Positions 48,301 to 63,300 of a stretch of 64,000 nucleotides of DNA are shown one piece after another. The DNA comes from Amphiscolops sp. MND2022. Its lineage: Eukaryota. Position 1 is the first letter of the stretch. Each line of letters starts with the position of its first letter. A model generated the notes under the pieces. The model worked only from the letters and a program-made list of their open reading frames with translations, searched no databases and had not been told where the DNA came from. Where the stretch lies: contig OZ076409.1 in assembly GCA_964187785.1 (NCBI GenBank), forward strand, positions 73,782,001 through 73,846,000. Direction: 5' to 3'. Both the position numbers and the translations under genes were made by a program.

Positions 48301-51300
48301 CTCAAACCCGGGGAGATATAGCGTTTTTCCGGAGCGGGGGGGTTTCATTTTTCTAACGGTCCAGCTTATCTTTGCCATTTTTTCGAAAATGCACTCGCCT
48401 AAAGGCCTCCCCTGGCCGGTTTTATTCCCAGCAAAACCATTTGGCCCTAAATACGGAGTTTCAGCGTTCCAGCATTCCCCGGCGAAAAGTTGTGGGACTT
48501 AGAAAAGTTCAAAAATTTTCAAAAAATTTTTTTTCCGTTTTCCGCCCTCCCCCCCTAGGGGAAAAGACCCCCCAACCAGTAATTTGAGTGTATTCATGTG
48601 GAAAGGCCATGTTTAGAGGAGAAAAATGCCGTTTAGAACGTCTTTTTATCTTGGCTCAACGTTGACTTATGACGTTTTGAAGGTGGTGTTTGGAGGTGTA
48701 AAGCACGCGAACAGTAAACGTTATGAGTATTTATCTGATCTGAAAGCCATTGAGATGAATATGGTTTGCTCAAAACGTAATTCATGGCAGTTTGGCAATC
48801 AATCAACACCCTTTGTTGTCGTTTGACATACTTTTTTGTTGTTATAATAAAAAATTTTGTGTATTTATTCATTTTTTTCTCATCAAATAACTTGAAACAG
48901 TTGAGTACATTCCATCCCCCCCTTCCGGGGGAGATGAGAATGTACTCGCAAAAAGCACCGAACTACGGCCCTAACCTTCCCGAGCTACGCAGTATAAGGA
49001 TTACATATTGGTTCCGACATTTTCATAGAGTTAAATCTTGGTAATCTGTCTGGATATGCAGAAAAACCAGCACGTGCTTTTTTATACCAAGTTGCTTACA
49101 ACGACAATTATTTTATATCAACGCCCCCATATTTATCAACGCCCCCCGTCCGTGGGCATGCCGAGGCATGCCCTTCGACGACGTATGCCAAAGATATTCC
49201 CGAGCGCGTTAGCCTAGGTGCCAAAACCCAATGGTTTGCCAAACACTTCGAGGGCGGGGTAGGGCCCCCAGCCCGAGTCAAAAGTCGAAGACTAACAACG
49301 TAAGGCCAATACTAAAACCTCCTATCGATCTCGGAAACGGCCCATCAGATTTTGCTCAAATTTTGCATACGGCTTCCTCTAGCGATTCTAAGAACTAATC
49401 CCTACTGGCGTTTTGCCCGGAAAAATCAAAAAGTGGGTCAAAATCTTAGATTTTTGGTCGAAAAATGGCGTTTTTTTGGAAAATTTTTTTTCAAGAGCCC
49501 ATATCTCGCTCCCAGGTGCCCGTAGCGACCAGACCTCGGACGGTACTATTGCTGGGCACTTCGTAAGGAGCCCGTAGACAAATTTTCGTACAGATCGGAT
49601 AAAAATTGATAGAGTAATAGCCGCCGATTTGGCGAATTTTTTCGACATTTTTCGAAATCCCAGTCTATCTCTGCCGTTTTTTGCCCAGATTTTTTTCCAG
49701 GACCTCTCCTAAAGGCCTCCCCTGGCTGGTTTACCTCCCAGAAAAACCATTTGGCCCTTTTGCCGCAGTTTCAGCAATCCAGGATTCCCCGGGTAAAAGT
49801 AAAATGACTTAGAATTTTTTCGAAAAATTTTCAAAAATTTTTTTTTCAACTTCAGGCCTCCCAAAGTCAAGAAACTTCCACACAACTAGTATTGCAAGTG
49901 AATGCATGTGGAAAGTGCTCGAATAGACGAGAAAAATGAGCTATTATAAACCTCTGTAGCTCAACCTGACGTTGACTTATGACAATTTTAGTGTGAGCTT
50001 GCTATATGGTAAAAAATTTCAAAAATTGAAAATCGAAGCTAAGTCTCATCCAAAACTCATCGGAATACGTTCAATCCATCCCAAAGCGGTGTAATTCCAG
50101 CTATGTAGTGCAGCAACGCCATTCAAGGTCTTTTGACCCATTTATATAAGTTTTGACACCGTCTTATCCATCCGAAAGTTCGAAACAGTTAAGTACATTC
50201 CATCTCCCCTCCGTGGGAGATGGTAATGTACTCGCAAAAAGCCAAGTATCACCGTCCTATTCTACCCGTAGTGGTGCTAGAACTGCAGTAGCGGGAGCGC
50301 CAGGCTGTTTACAGTAGCCTTTACGGGTGTTGTGACTATGCATTACAAGTCTAACTATGTTACTGAACGTGAAAAAATTGTTTCACTCCAAAATTTTTTT
50401 CAACTATTCTATGTCATCAATAAAGATATATCCATCCATTTACTACTACCTACCCCATCACCCGCCCCCTCCACTATCTGTTCAACCGTACACGTCTAGG
50501 TGGCCGTGTCTTTTCGACGTGCTTTTGCATCGAGGAGTGGGTAGGGCCCCGCGACGACCTAGAAGAATTGGATGCTCACCGAAACGTGCAGAATTCTACG
50601 AGATCTCATAGTTTGAGCCATACGATTTTTCTGAAATTTGGCATGTGGCCTGGAATTGGTGAGTAGGTAAAACGTGTAGAAGGTAATTTTTCCCAAATTC
50701 CACTGTGAGAGGAGATATGGGCAAATAACGGACCCAAAAATGGCAAAAATGCACATTTTTCAACTTTGTCAGCCAATATCTCTTTTCCAGGTGCCCGTAG
50801 CGTTCCGCACGTGGACATCAATATTGCTCAGCGCTGTCGGAAGAGTGCGTGGACAAATTTTGGTTTAAATCGGACTTAAACTTGACGAGAAATTAACGGT
50901 TTTTTGGGCGTTTCCGGGGTAAATTTTTTAACGGTCCAGCTTATCTTTGCCATTTTTTCGAAAATGTACATGCCTAAAGGCCTCCCCCTGGCCGAATTTA
51001 CTCCCAGCAAACCCAATTGGCCCTAAATACGGAGTTTCAGCGTTCCAGCATTCCGGGGCGGAAAGTTGTGGGACTTGGAAAAATTTCAAAATTTTTTCAA
51101 AAATTTTTTTTCCCGTTTTCCGGGCCCCCAATGAAGGGGAACGACCCCCCAACCAGTATTTTGAGTGAATTCATGTGGAACGCCCATGTTTGGAGGAGAA
51201 AAATGCCGTTTAGCACATCTTTTTATCTTAACTTGACATTGACTTATGACGTTTTGAATGTGATGTTAGGATATATGAAGCATGTTAAAAGTTGAAGTTT

Positions 51301-54300
51301 TGAGTCTTTATCTCATCGGAAAACCATTGAGATACAAGCAGTTTTGCTAAAAACGATTTTCATTGTAGGTTAGCAGAGTATTAGTACACTTTGATGTCAT
51401 TTGAGTATTTTTTTCTTCTATATAATAACTGTTTTTATGTATTTATTCCAATTTATCTCATCTTTTAACATCAAGCAGTTGAGTACATTTCATCTCCCTT
51501 TCGGGGGAGATGAGAATGTACTCGCTAAAAACCTAATGCTATGGCGCCAATGTTTGGATGGGAAGTTTTCTATGCTTTGAAAAAAGTTATTTTTAATTAC
51601 TTGATTTTTTAAAACAATAATTAACATGAAGTACATTACTTGCTCCTACTACTACCACCATACATCTCTAACGTCAACGCCCCCTGCTTGCATCAACGCC
51701 CCATCGTCCGTGGGCATGCCGAGGCATGCCCTTCGACGACGTATGCCAAATGCCCAGTGCCACGCAGTCTTTCCCCGCTAGGTGGCCGTGTCTTTTCGAC
51801 GTGCTTTTGCATTGAGGAGTGGGTAGGGCCCCGCGACGACCTAGAAGAATTGGATGCTCACCGAAACGTGCAGAATTCTACGAGATCTCATAGTTTGAGC
51901 CATACGATTTTTCTGAAATTTGGCATGTGGCCTGGAATTGGTGAGTAGGTAAAACGTGTAGGAGGTGATTTTTCCCAAATTCCACTGTGAGACGAGATAT
52001 GGGCAAATAACGGTCCCAAAAATGGCAAAAATGCACTTTTTTCAACTTTGTCAGCCCATATCTCTTTTCCAGGTGCCCGTAGCGTTCCGCACGTGGACAT
52101 CAATATTGCTCAGCGCTGTCGGAGGAGTGCGTGGACAAATTTTGGTTTAAATCGGACTTAAACTTGACGAGAAATTAACGGTTTTTTGGGCGTTTCCGGG
52201 GTAAATTTTTTAACGGTCCAGCTTATCTTTGCCATTTTTTCGAAACTGTACATGCCTAAAGGCCTCCCCCTGGCCGAATTTACTCCCAGCAAACCCATTT
52301 GGCCCTAAATACGGAGTTTCAGCGTTCCAGCATTCCGGGGCGGAAAGTTGTGGGACTTGGAAAAATTTCAAAATTTTTTCAAAAAATTTTTTTCCCGTTT
52401 TCCGGGCCCCCAATGAAGGGGAACGACCCCCCAACCAGTATTTTGAGTGAATTCATGTGGAACGCCCATGTTTGGCGGTGAAAAATGCCGTTTAGAACAT
52501 CTTTTTATCTTAACTTGACATTGACTTATGACGTTTTGAATGTGATGTTAGGATATATGAAGCATGTTAAAAGTTGAAGTTTTGAGTCTTTATCTCATCG
52601 GAAAACCATTGAGATACAAGCATTTTTGCTAAAAACGATTTTCATTGTAGGTTAGCAGAGTATTAGTACACTTTGATGTCATTTGAGTATTTTTTTCTTC
52701 TATATAATAACTGTTTTTATGTATTTATTCCAATTTATCTCATCTTTTAACATCAAGCAGTTGAGTACATTTCATCTCCCTTTCGGGGGAGATGAGAATG
52801 TACTCGCTAAAAACTTAATGCTATGGCGCCAATGTTTGGATGGGAAGTTTTCTATGCTTTGAAAAAAGTTATTTTTAATTACTTGATTTTTTAAAACAAT
52901 AATTAACATGAAGTACATTACTTGCTCCTACTACTACCACCATACATCTCTAACGTCAACGCCCCCTGCTTGCATCAACGCCCCATCGTCCGTGGGCATG
53001 CCGAGGCATGCCCTTCGACGACGTATGCCAAATGCCCAGTGCCACGCAGTCTTTCCCCGCTAGGTGCCGGGATTTCCATTCGATAAGGAATTCTGCGCGT
53101 GTGGGTAGGGCCCCTGGCGCGCTCCTGTGTTTTCGGTTTTCCTACTCCAAATTCACACCCCAGTTATCTCCGATCTCGTAAACTATCCATACGATTTGGC
53201 TGAAATTTGGCACACGTACCCCCCTCGGCACGGTGAAGATGATTCCCTACTGACGTTTTGCCCGCTAAACATTTTTTGTTGACCAAAATAACGGTTTTTG
53301 GTGGAAAATTTTCAACTTTTTTTAAATTTCATCTTATATCTCGCCCCAGGTTTACGCTAGCGCTTCAAAACCTTGCTGACGAAAGTTTGCAAACTGTCTC
53401 AGGAATGCGGTGTGAAATTTTCAGCTCAATCGGACTTAAACTCGAGGAGATATAGCGTTTTTCCGGAGCGGGGGGGTTTCATTTTTCTAACGGTCCATCG
53501 TATCTTTGCCATTTTTTCGAAAATGCACTCGCCTAAAGGCCTCCCCTGGCCGGTTTTACTCCCAAAAAAACCATTTGGCCCTAAATACGGGGTTTCAGCG
53601 TTCTAGCATTTCCGGGCGAAAAGTTGTGGGACTTAGAAAATTTCAAAAAGTTTCAAAAAATTTTTTTCCGTTATTTGGGCCCCCAATGTGGGGGAAAGGA
53701 CCCCCCAACCAGTATTTTGAGTGAATGCATGTGCAAAGCGCTTGTTTAGAGGAGAAAAATGTCGTTTAGAACGTCTTTTTATCTTTACTCAACGTTGACT
53801 TATGACGTTTTGAAGGTGATGTAAAGAGGTGTGAAGCACGTGAAAAGTAAACGTTATGAGTATTTATTTGATCTGAAAGCCATTCAGATGCAATCTGATT
53901 TGCCCAAAACGTAATTCATTTCAGTTTGGCAGTCAATCAACACCCTTTGTTGTCGTTTTACATATTTTTTTGTTGATATAATAAAAAATTTTGTGTATTT
54001 ATTTATTTTTTTCTCATCAAATAACTTGAAACAGTTGAGTACATTCCATCTCCCTTCCCGGGGGAGATGAGAATGTACTCGCAAAAAGCCCCGAACTATG
54101 GCCCTTACCTTCCCGAGCTACGCAGTATAAAGATTGCATATTGGTTTCGACATTTTGATAGAGTTATATCTTGGTAATCTGTCTGGATATGCAGAAAAAT
54201 CAGCACGTGCCTTTTTATACCAAGTTGCTCACAACGACAATTATTTTATATCAACGCCCCCATATTTATCAACGCCCCCCGTCCGTGGGCATGCCGAGGC

Positions 54301-57300
54301 ATGCCCTTCGACGACCCGCACCAAAATATACTCCCAAGCGCGGTAGCGGCTAGGTGCCGGTGTCTTTTTACACAATGGGGGAAGTTGCGCGGTTGGGGAG
54401 GGTCCCTGACGCGCTTCCGTGAGATCAGGTTTTTCAACTAGTGAAATCGACAAAGAAAATTGAGATCTCGTAAACTAGCCATACGATTTGGCTGAAATTT
54501 GGCACACGTACCCCCCTCGGCACGGTGAAGATGATTCCCTACTGACGTTTTGCTCGCTAAACATTTTTTGTTGACCAAAATAACGGTTTTTGGGGTAAAA
54601 TTTTCAACTTTTTTTAAATTTCATCTTATATCTCGGCACGGGTACACGCTAGCGCTTTCAAACCTTGCTGACGAAAGTTTGCAAACTGTCTCAGGAATGC
54701 TGTGTGAAATTTTCAGCTCAATCGGACTCAAACTCGAGGAGATATAGCGTTTTTCCGGAGCGGGGGGGTTTCATTTTTCTAACGGTCCAGCTTATCTTTG
54801 CCATTTTTTCGAAAATGTACTCGTCTAAAGGCCTCCCCTGGCCGGTTTTATTCCCAGCAAAACCATTTGGCCCTAAATACGGAGTTTCAGCGTTCCAGCA
54901 TTTCCGGGCGAAAAGTTGTGGGACTTAGAAAATTTCAAAAATTTTCAAAAAATTTTTTTTCCGTTATTTGGGCCCCCAAAGTGGGGGAAAAGACCCCCCA
55001 ACCAGTAAAGCAAGTGAATGCACGTGCAAAGCCCTTGTTTGGACGAGAAAAATGCCGTTTAGAACGTCTTTTTATCTTGACTCAACGTTGACTTATGACG
55101 TTTTGAAGGTGATGTTTGGAGGTGTAAAGCAAGTGAATAGTAAACGTTATGAGTATTTATCTGATCTGAAAGCCATTGAGATGCAATATGGTTTGCTCAA
55201 AACGTAATTCATTGCAGTTTGGCAATCAATCAACACCCTTTGTTGTCGTTTGACATACTTTTTTGTTGTTATAATAAAAAATTTTGTGTATTTATTCATT
55301 TTTTTCTCATCAAATAACTTGGAACAGTTGAGTACATTCCATCCCCCCCTTCCGGGGGAGATGAGAATGTACTCGCAAAAAGCACCGAACTACGGTCCTT
55401 ACCTTCCCGAGCTACGCAGTATAAGGATTACATATTGGTTCCGACATTTTCATAGAGTTATATCTTGGTAATCTGTCTGGATATGCCGAAAAATCAGCAC
55501 GTGCCTTTTAATACCAAGTTGCTCACAACGACAATTATTTTATATCAACGCCCCCATATTTATCAACGCCCCCCGTCCGTGGGCATGCCGAGGCATGCCC
55601 TTCGACGACCCGCACCAAAATATGCGTTAGCGCGGTAGCCGCTAGGTGGCCGGAAATTTTTTTTTTCATCAAAATCTTTGCCATTGGGGGAGGGGCCCCG
55701 GATGGCCAGTAGTTCGGCTTGGCTACCTGCAAAATCAGGTACAAAAAAACACGATCTCAAAATTGGCCCGTCAGAAATCGCTCATTTTTTGCATGCGGCC
55801 CTAAAATCAATATATAAGAACAAAGTCCTGCTGACGTTTTGCCGAAAAAACATTTTTTGTTGACCAAAAATAACATTTTTCATGCCAAAATGACTGTTTT
55901 TTCACATTTTTCAACTTTGAGAGCTCATATCTCGTTCCCAGGTACCCGGAGCGGTTCGCACGTGAACTGCAATATTGCTCAGCGTTGTTAACGGAGTGCG
56001 TGGACAAATTTTGGTCCAAATCGGACTTAAACTCGGGGAGATGTAAACGGATTTTTGGGGGTTTCCGGGGTAAATTTTTTAACGGTCCAGCTTATCTTTG
56101 CCATTTTTTGGAAAATGTACTCGCCTAAAGGCCTCCCCCTGGCCGAATTTACTCCCAGCAAAACCATTTGGCCCTAAATACGGCGTTTCAGCGTTCTAGC
56201 ATTTGCGGGCGAAAAGTTGTGGGACTTAGAAAAAATTCAAAATTTTTCAAAAATTTTTTTTTCGTTTTCCGGCCCCCCAATGAAGGGGAACGACCCCCCA
56301 ACTAGGATTTTTGGTGAATCCATGCGAAAACGTCTTGTTTAGTGGAGAAAAATGCCGTTTAGAGCGACTTTTTATCTTAACTTGACGTTGACTTATGTCG
56401 TTTTGAATTTGATATTAGTATGTGTTGAGCATGTGAAAAGTTGAACATTTCAGTTGTTCTTTCGTGTTAGCCATTGAGATACAAGCTGTAGTGATCAAAT
56501 TGTGATTTTTTGCAGTTTCGTGGTGCTTTTGGTGTATTTTGATTCTTTTGATAAAAATTTGTTCTTTATATATTGACAATTTTGGTGTATTGATTCAAAT
56601 GAACATGAAACAGTTGAGTACATTTCATCTCCCTCTTGGGGGAGATGAGAATGTACTCGCTAAAGTCCTAGTACTATGACCCATTTTTGTTTTTATCAGA
56701 CGCAGATACTGCCAACGGATACTTTTTGTTGGTGCCACTTTCCTGTGCACAATGTCTTTAGAAGCTAGAAAACTCTATGTCTCTAGCTTACTTCTCCTAC
56801 AAATTCGTCACCAACGTCAACGCCACACACTTTCACTAACGCCCACCGTCTGTGGGCATGCCGAGGCATGCCCTTCGACGACGTATGCCAAATAGCGCCA
56901 CAGGGCGCCCAATTTTGTCTAGGTGGCCGTGTCTTTTCGACGTGCTTTTGCATCGAGGAGTGGGTAGGGCCCCGCGACGACCTAGAAGAATTGGATGCTC
57001 ACCGAAACGTGCAGAATTCTACGAGATCTCATAGTTTGAGCCATACGATTTTTCTGAAATTTGGCATGTGGCCTGGAATTGGTGAGTAGGTAAAACGTGT
57101 AGAAGGTAATTTTTCCCAAATTCCACTGTGAGAGGAGATATGGGCAAATAACGGACCCAAAAATGGCAAAAATGCACATTTTTCAACTTTGTCAGCCAAT
57201 ATCTCTTTTCCAGGTGCCCGTAGCGTTCCGCACGTGGACATCAATATTGCTCAGCGCTGTTGGAGGAGTGCGTGGACAAATTTTGGTTTAAATCGGACTA

Positions 57301-60300
57301 AAACTTGACGAGAAATTAACGGTTTTTTGGGCGTTTCCGGGGTAAATTTTTTAACGGTCCAGCTTATCTTTGCCATTTTTTCGAAAATGTACATGCCTAA
57401 AGGCCTCCCCCTGGCCGAATTTACTCCCAGCAAACCCATTTGGCCCTAAATACGGAGTTTCAGCGTTCCAGCATTCCGGGGCGGAAAGTTGTGGGACTTG
57501 GAAAAATTTCAAAATTTTTTCAAAAATTTTTTTTCCCGTTTTCCGGGCCCCCAATGAAGGGGAACGACCCCCCAACCAGTATTTTGAGTGAATTCATGTG
57601 GAAAGCCCATGTTTGGAGGAGAAAAATGCCGTTTAGCACATCTTTTTATCTTAACTTGACATTGACTTATGACGTTTTGAATGTGATGTTAGGATATATG
57701 AAGCATGTTAAAAGTTGAAGTTTTGAGTCTTTATCTCATCGGAAAACCATTGAGATACAAGCAGTTTTGCTAAAAACGATTTTCATTGTAGGTTAGCAGA
57801 GTATTAGTACACTTTGATGTCATTTGAGTATTTTTTTCTTCTATATAATAACTGTTTTTATGTATTTATTCCAATTTATCTCATCTTTTAACATCAAGCA
57901 GTTGAGTACATTTCATCTCCCTTTCGGGGTAGATGAGAATGTACTCGCTAAAAACCTAATGCTATGGCGCCAATGTTTAGATGGGAAGTTTTCTATGCTT
58001 TGAAAAAAGTTATTTTTAATTACTTGATTTTTTAAAACAATAATTAACATGAAGTACATTACTTGCTCCTACTACTACCACCATACATCTCTAACGTCAA
58101 CGCCCCCTGCTTGCATCAACGCCCCATCGTCCGTGGGCATGCCGAGGCATGCCCTTCGACGACGTATGCCAAATGCCCAGTGCCACGCAGTCTTTCCCCG
58201 CTAGGTGGCCGTGTCTTTTCGACGTGCTTTTGCATTGAGGAGTGGGTAGGGCCCCGCGACGACCTAGAAGAATTGGATGCTCACCGAAACGTGCAGAATT
58301 CTACGAGATCTCATAGTTTGAGCCATACGATTTTTCTGAAATTTGGCATGTGGCCTGGAATTGGTGAGTAGGTAAAACGTGTAGAAGGTAATTTTTCCCA
58401 AATTCCACTGTGAGAGGAGATATGGGCAAATAACGGACCCAAAAATGGCAAAAATGCACATTTTTCAACTTTGTCAGCCAATATCTCTTTTCCAGGTGCC
58501 CGTAGCGTTCCGCACGTGGACATCAATATTGCTCAGCGCTGTTGGAGGAGTGCGTGGACAAATTTTGGTTTAAATCGGACTAAAACTTGACGAGAAATTA
58601 ACGGTTTTTTGGGCGTTTCCGGGGTAAATTTTTTAACGGTCCAGCTTATCTTTGCCATTTTTTCGAAAATGTACATGCCTAAAGGCCTCCCCCTGGCCGA
58701 ATTTACTCCCAGCAAACCCATTTGGCCCTAAATACGGAGTTTCAGCGTTCCAGCATTCCGGGGCGGAAAGTTGTGGGACTTGGAAAAATTTCAAAATTTT
58801 TTCAAAAATTTTTTTTCCCGTTTTCCGGGCCCCCAATGAAGGGGAACGACCCCCCAACCAGTATTTTGAGTGAATTCATGTGGAAAGCCCATGTTTGGAG
58901 GAGAAAAATGCCGTTTAGCACATCTTTTTATCTTAACTTGACATTGACTTATGACGTTTTGAATGTGATGTTAGGATATATGAAGCATGTTAAAAGTTGA
59001 AGTTTTGAGTCTTTATCTCATCGGAAAACCATTGAGATACAAGCAGTTTTGCTAAAAACGATTTTCATTGTAGGTTAGCAGAGTATTAGTACACTTTGAT
59101 GTCATTTGAGTATATTTTTCTTCTATATAATAACTGTTTTTATGTATTTATTCCAATTTATCTCATCTTTTAACATCAAGCAGTTGAGTACATTTCATCT
59201 CCCTTTCGGGGGAGATGAGAATGTACTCGCTAAAAACCTAATGCTATGGCGCCAATGTTTGGATGGGAAGTTTTCTATGCTTTGAAAAAAGTTATTTTTA
59301 ATTACTTGATTTTTTAAAACAATAATTAACATGAAGTACATTACTTGCTCCTACTACTACCACCATACATCTCTAACGTCAACGCCCCCTGCTTGCATCA
59401 ACGCCCCATCGTCCGTGGGCATGCCGAGGCATGCCCTTCGACGACGTATGCCAAATGCCCAGTGCCACGCAGTCTTTTCCCGCTAGGTGCCCGGATTTCT
59501 ATTCATTAAAGTATGTTGCGCGTGTGGGTAGGGCCCCTGGCGCGCTCTTGTGTCCCTGTTCTCATAACTGCAATTTCCGGCAGCATTCTGAGCGATTTTC
59601 TAAACTATCCATACGATTCGGCTGAAATTTGGCACACGTACCCCCCTCGGCACGGTGAAGATGATTTCCTACTGACGTTTTTCCCGCAAAATTTTTTTTG
59701 TTGTCCAAAATAACGGTTTTTGGGGTAAAATTTTGAATTTTTTTTAAATTTTATCTTATATCTCGCCACGGGTTTACGCTAGCGCTTCAAAGCCCTGCTA
59801 AAGAAAGCTTGCAAACTGTCTCAGGAATGCTGTGTGAAATTTTCAGCTCAATCGGACTCAAACTCGGGGAGATATAGCGTTTTTCCGGAGCGGGGGGGTT
59901 TCATTTTTCTAACGGTCCAGCTTATCTTTGCCATTTTTTCGAAAATGCACTCGCGTAAAGGCCTCCCCTGGCCGGTTTTATTCCCAGCAAAACCATTTGG
60001 CCCTAAATACGGAGTTTCAGCGTTCCAGCATTCCCGGGCGAAAAGTTGTGGGACTTAGAAAAGTTCAAAAATTTTCAAAAAATTTTTTTTCCGTTTTCCG
60101 CCCTCCCCCCCTAGGGGAAAAGACCCCCCAACCAGTAATTTGAGTGAATTCATGTGGAAAGGCCATGTTTAGAGGAGAAAAATGCCGTTTAGAACGTCTT
60201 TTTATCTTGGCTCAACGTTGACTTATGACGTTTTGAAGGTGGTGTTTGGAGGTGTAAAGCACGCGAATAGTAAACGTTATGAGTATTTATCTGATCTGAA

Positions 60301-63300
60301 AGCCATTGAGATGAATATGGTTTGCTCAAAACGTAATTCATGGCAGTTTGGCAATCAATCAACACCCTTTGTTGTCGTTTGACATACTTTTTTGTTGTTA
60401 TAATAAAAAATTTTGTGTATTTATTCATTTTTTTCTCATCAAATAACTTGAAACAGTTGAGTACATTCCATCCCCCCTTCCGGGGGAGATGAGAATGTAC
60501 TCGCAAAAAGCACCGAACTACGGCCCTAACCTTCGCGAGCTACGCAGTATAAGGATTACATATTGGTTCCGACATTTTCATAGAGTTAAATCTTGGTAAT
60601 CTGTCTGGATATGCAGAAAAACCAGCACGTGCTTTTTTATACCAAGTTGCTTACAACGACAATTATTTTATATCAACGCCCCCATATTTATCAACGCCCC
60701 CCGTCCGTGGGCATGCCGAGGCATGCCCTTCGACGACGTATACCAAGATATTCCCGAGCGCGTTAGCCTAGGTGCCAATCCCCCCCGGGATGCCACAGCT
60801 TCGAGGGCGGGGTAGGGCCCCCTGCCCGAGTCCAAAACCAACGGCGCTAAACTTCGCGCCAGAAACTTAAGGCGTTTTCCATTTCTAGAGGCGATTTCGA
60901 AAACGGCCCATTCGATTTGGCTCAAATTTTGCATGCGGCTTCCTCTAGCGATTCTAAGAACTTTTCCCTACTACCATTTTGCCCGGAAAATTTTTTTTGT
61001 TGACTTATACACAAATTTAGGTGCCGAAAATGGCGTTTTTTCGAAAAATTTTTTTTCAAGAGCCCATATCTCGCTCCCAGGTGCTCGGAGCGGGTCGCAT
61101 GTGGACGTCGATATTGCTAGGCACTTCGTAAGGAGTCCGTAGACAAATTTTCGTACAGATCGGATGAAAATTGACTTAGTAATAAAAAACTTTGATTTGC
61201 ATTTTTTCGAAAATTTCTGAAAACCCAGTCTATCTCTGCCGTTTTTTGCCCAGATTTTTTTCCAGGACCTCTCCTAAAGGCCTCCCCTGGCCGGTTTACC
61301 TCCCAGAAAAACCATTTGGCCCTTTTGCCGCAGTTTCAGCGTTCCAGGATTCCCCGGGTAAAAGTAAAATGTCTTAGAATTTTTTCGAAAAATTTTCAAA
61401 AATTTTTTTTTCAACTTCAGGCCTCCCAAAGTCAAGAAACGTCCACACAACTAGTATTGCAAGTGGATGCATGTGGAAAGTGCTCGAATAGACGAGAAAA
61501 ATGAGCTATTATAAACCTCTCTAGCTTAACCTGACGTTGACTTATGACAATTTTAGTGTGAGCTTGCTATGTGAGAAAAAATTTCAAAAATTGAAAATCG
61601 AAGCAAAGTCTCATCCAAAACTCATCGGAATACGTTCAATCCATACCAAAGCGGTTTGTTCCCAGTTGTAGAGTGCAGCAACACCATTCAAGGTCATTTG
61701 ACCCACTTTAATAGGTTTTGACTTCGTCTTATCCATCCGAAAACTCGAAACAGTTAAGTACATTCCATCTCCCCTCCGTGGGAGATGGTAATGTACTCGC
61801 AAAAAGCCAAGTACTACCGCCCTATTCTACCCATAGTGGTGCTAGAAATGCAGTAGCGTGAGCTCCAGGTTGTTTGCAGTAGTCTCTATGTGTTATAATT
61901 ATATTTTTCATAGCTAAAAATCTTACTAAACGTGATAAAAAAAATTACATCACTCAAAATTTTTTCAAATATTATTATATGTCCCCAATTGACGCACGTC
62001 AACTATTTCACTACAACCACCCTACCACCCGGCCCCTCGTATCTTTGTTCAACCGTACACGTCTAGGTGCCCAAATCCATCGATTTACCTTCACTTTGAG
62101 GGCGGGGTAGGGCCCCCGACAGGCTCCTCAGGCTTTAGACTGGCAACTTTAAGCCATTGTGCAAAATGAAAGCGATTTTCTAAACGGCCCATACGATTTG
62201 GCTGAAATTTTGCATACGGCTTCCTCTAGCAATTCTAAGAACTAATCCCTACTGGCGTTTTGCCCGGAAAAATCAAAAAGTTGGTCAAAATCACTATTTT
62301 AGGTGCCGAAAATGGCGTTTTTTCGAAAATTTTTTTTTCAAGAGCCCATATCTCGCTTCCAGGTGCTCGTAGCGGGTCGCATGTGGACGTTGATATTGCT
62401 AGGCACTTCGTAAGGAGTCCGTATACAAATTTTCGTTCCGATCGGATAAAAATTGACTGAGTAATAGCCGCAAATCGGACGAATTTTTCCGGAAATTTTG
62501 GTGCAACTAGTCTATCTCTGCCGTTTTTTGCCCAGATTTTTTTCCAGGACCTCTCCTAAAGACCTCCCCTGGCCGGTTTAGCCCCCAAAAAAACCATTTG
62601 GCCCTTTTGCCGCAGTTTCAGCGTTCCAGGATTCCCCGGGTAAAAGTAAAATGTCTTAGAATTTTTTCGAAAAATTTTCAAAAATTTTTTTTTTCAACTT
62701 CAGGCCTCCCAAAGTCATAGAACTTCCACACAACTAGTATTGCAAGTGAATGCATGTGGAAAGTGCTTGAATAGACGAGAAAAATGAGCTATTATAAACC
62801 TCTGTAGCTTAACCTGACGTTGACTTAAGACAATTTTAGTGTGAGCTTCCTATGTGAGAAAAAATTTCAAAAATTGAAAATCGAAGCTAAGCCTCATCCA
62901 AAACTCATCGGAATACGTTCAATCCATCCCAAAGCGGTTTGTTCCCAGTTGTAGAGTGCAGCAACACCATTCAAGGTCATTTGGCCCACTTTAATAGGTT
63001 TTGACTTTGTCTTATCCATCCGAAAATTCGAAACAGTTAAGTACATTCCATCTCCCCTCCGTGGGAGATGGTAATGTACTCGCAAAAAGCCAAGTACTAC
63101 CGCCCTATTCTACCCGTAGTGGTGCTAGAAATGCAGTAGCGTGAGCTCCAGGTTGTTTGCAGTAGCCTTTACGTATGTTGTGATTATGTATTACAATTCT
63201 AACTCTGTTACTAAACATTAAAAAATTGTTTCAATCCCAAATTTTTTTCAACCTTAGTATGTCACCAATAAAGATATATCCATCTTTCCTACTACAACCA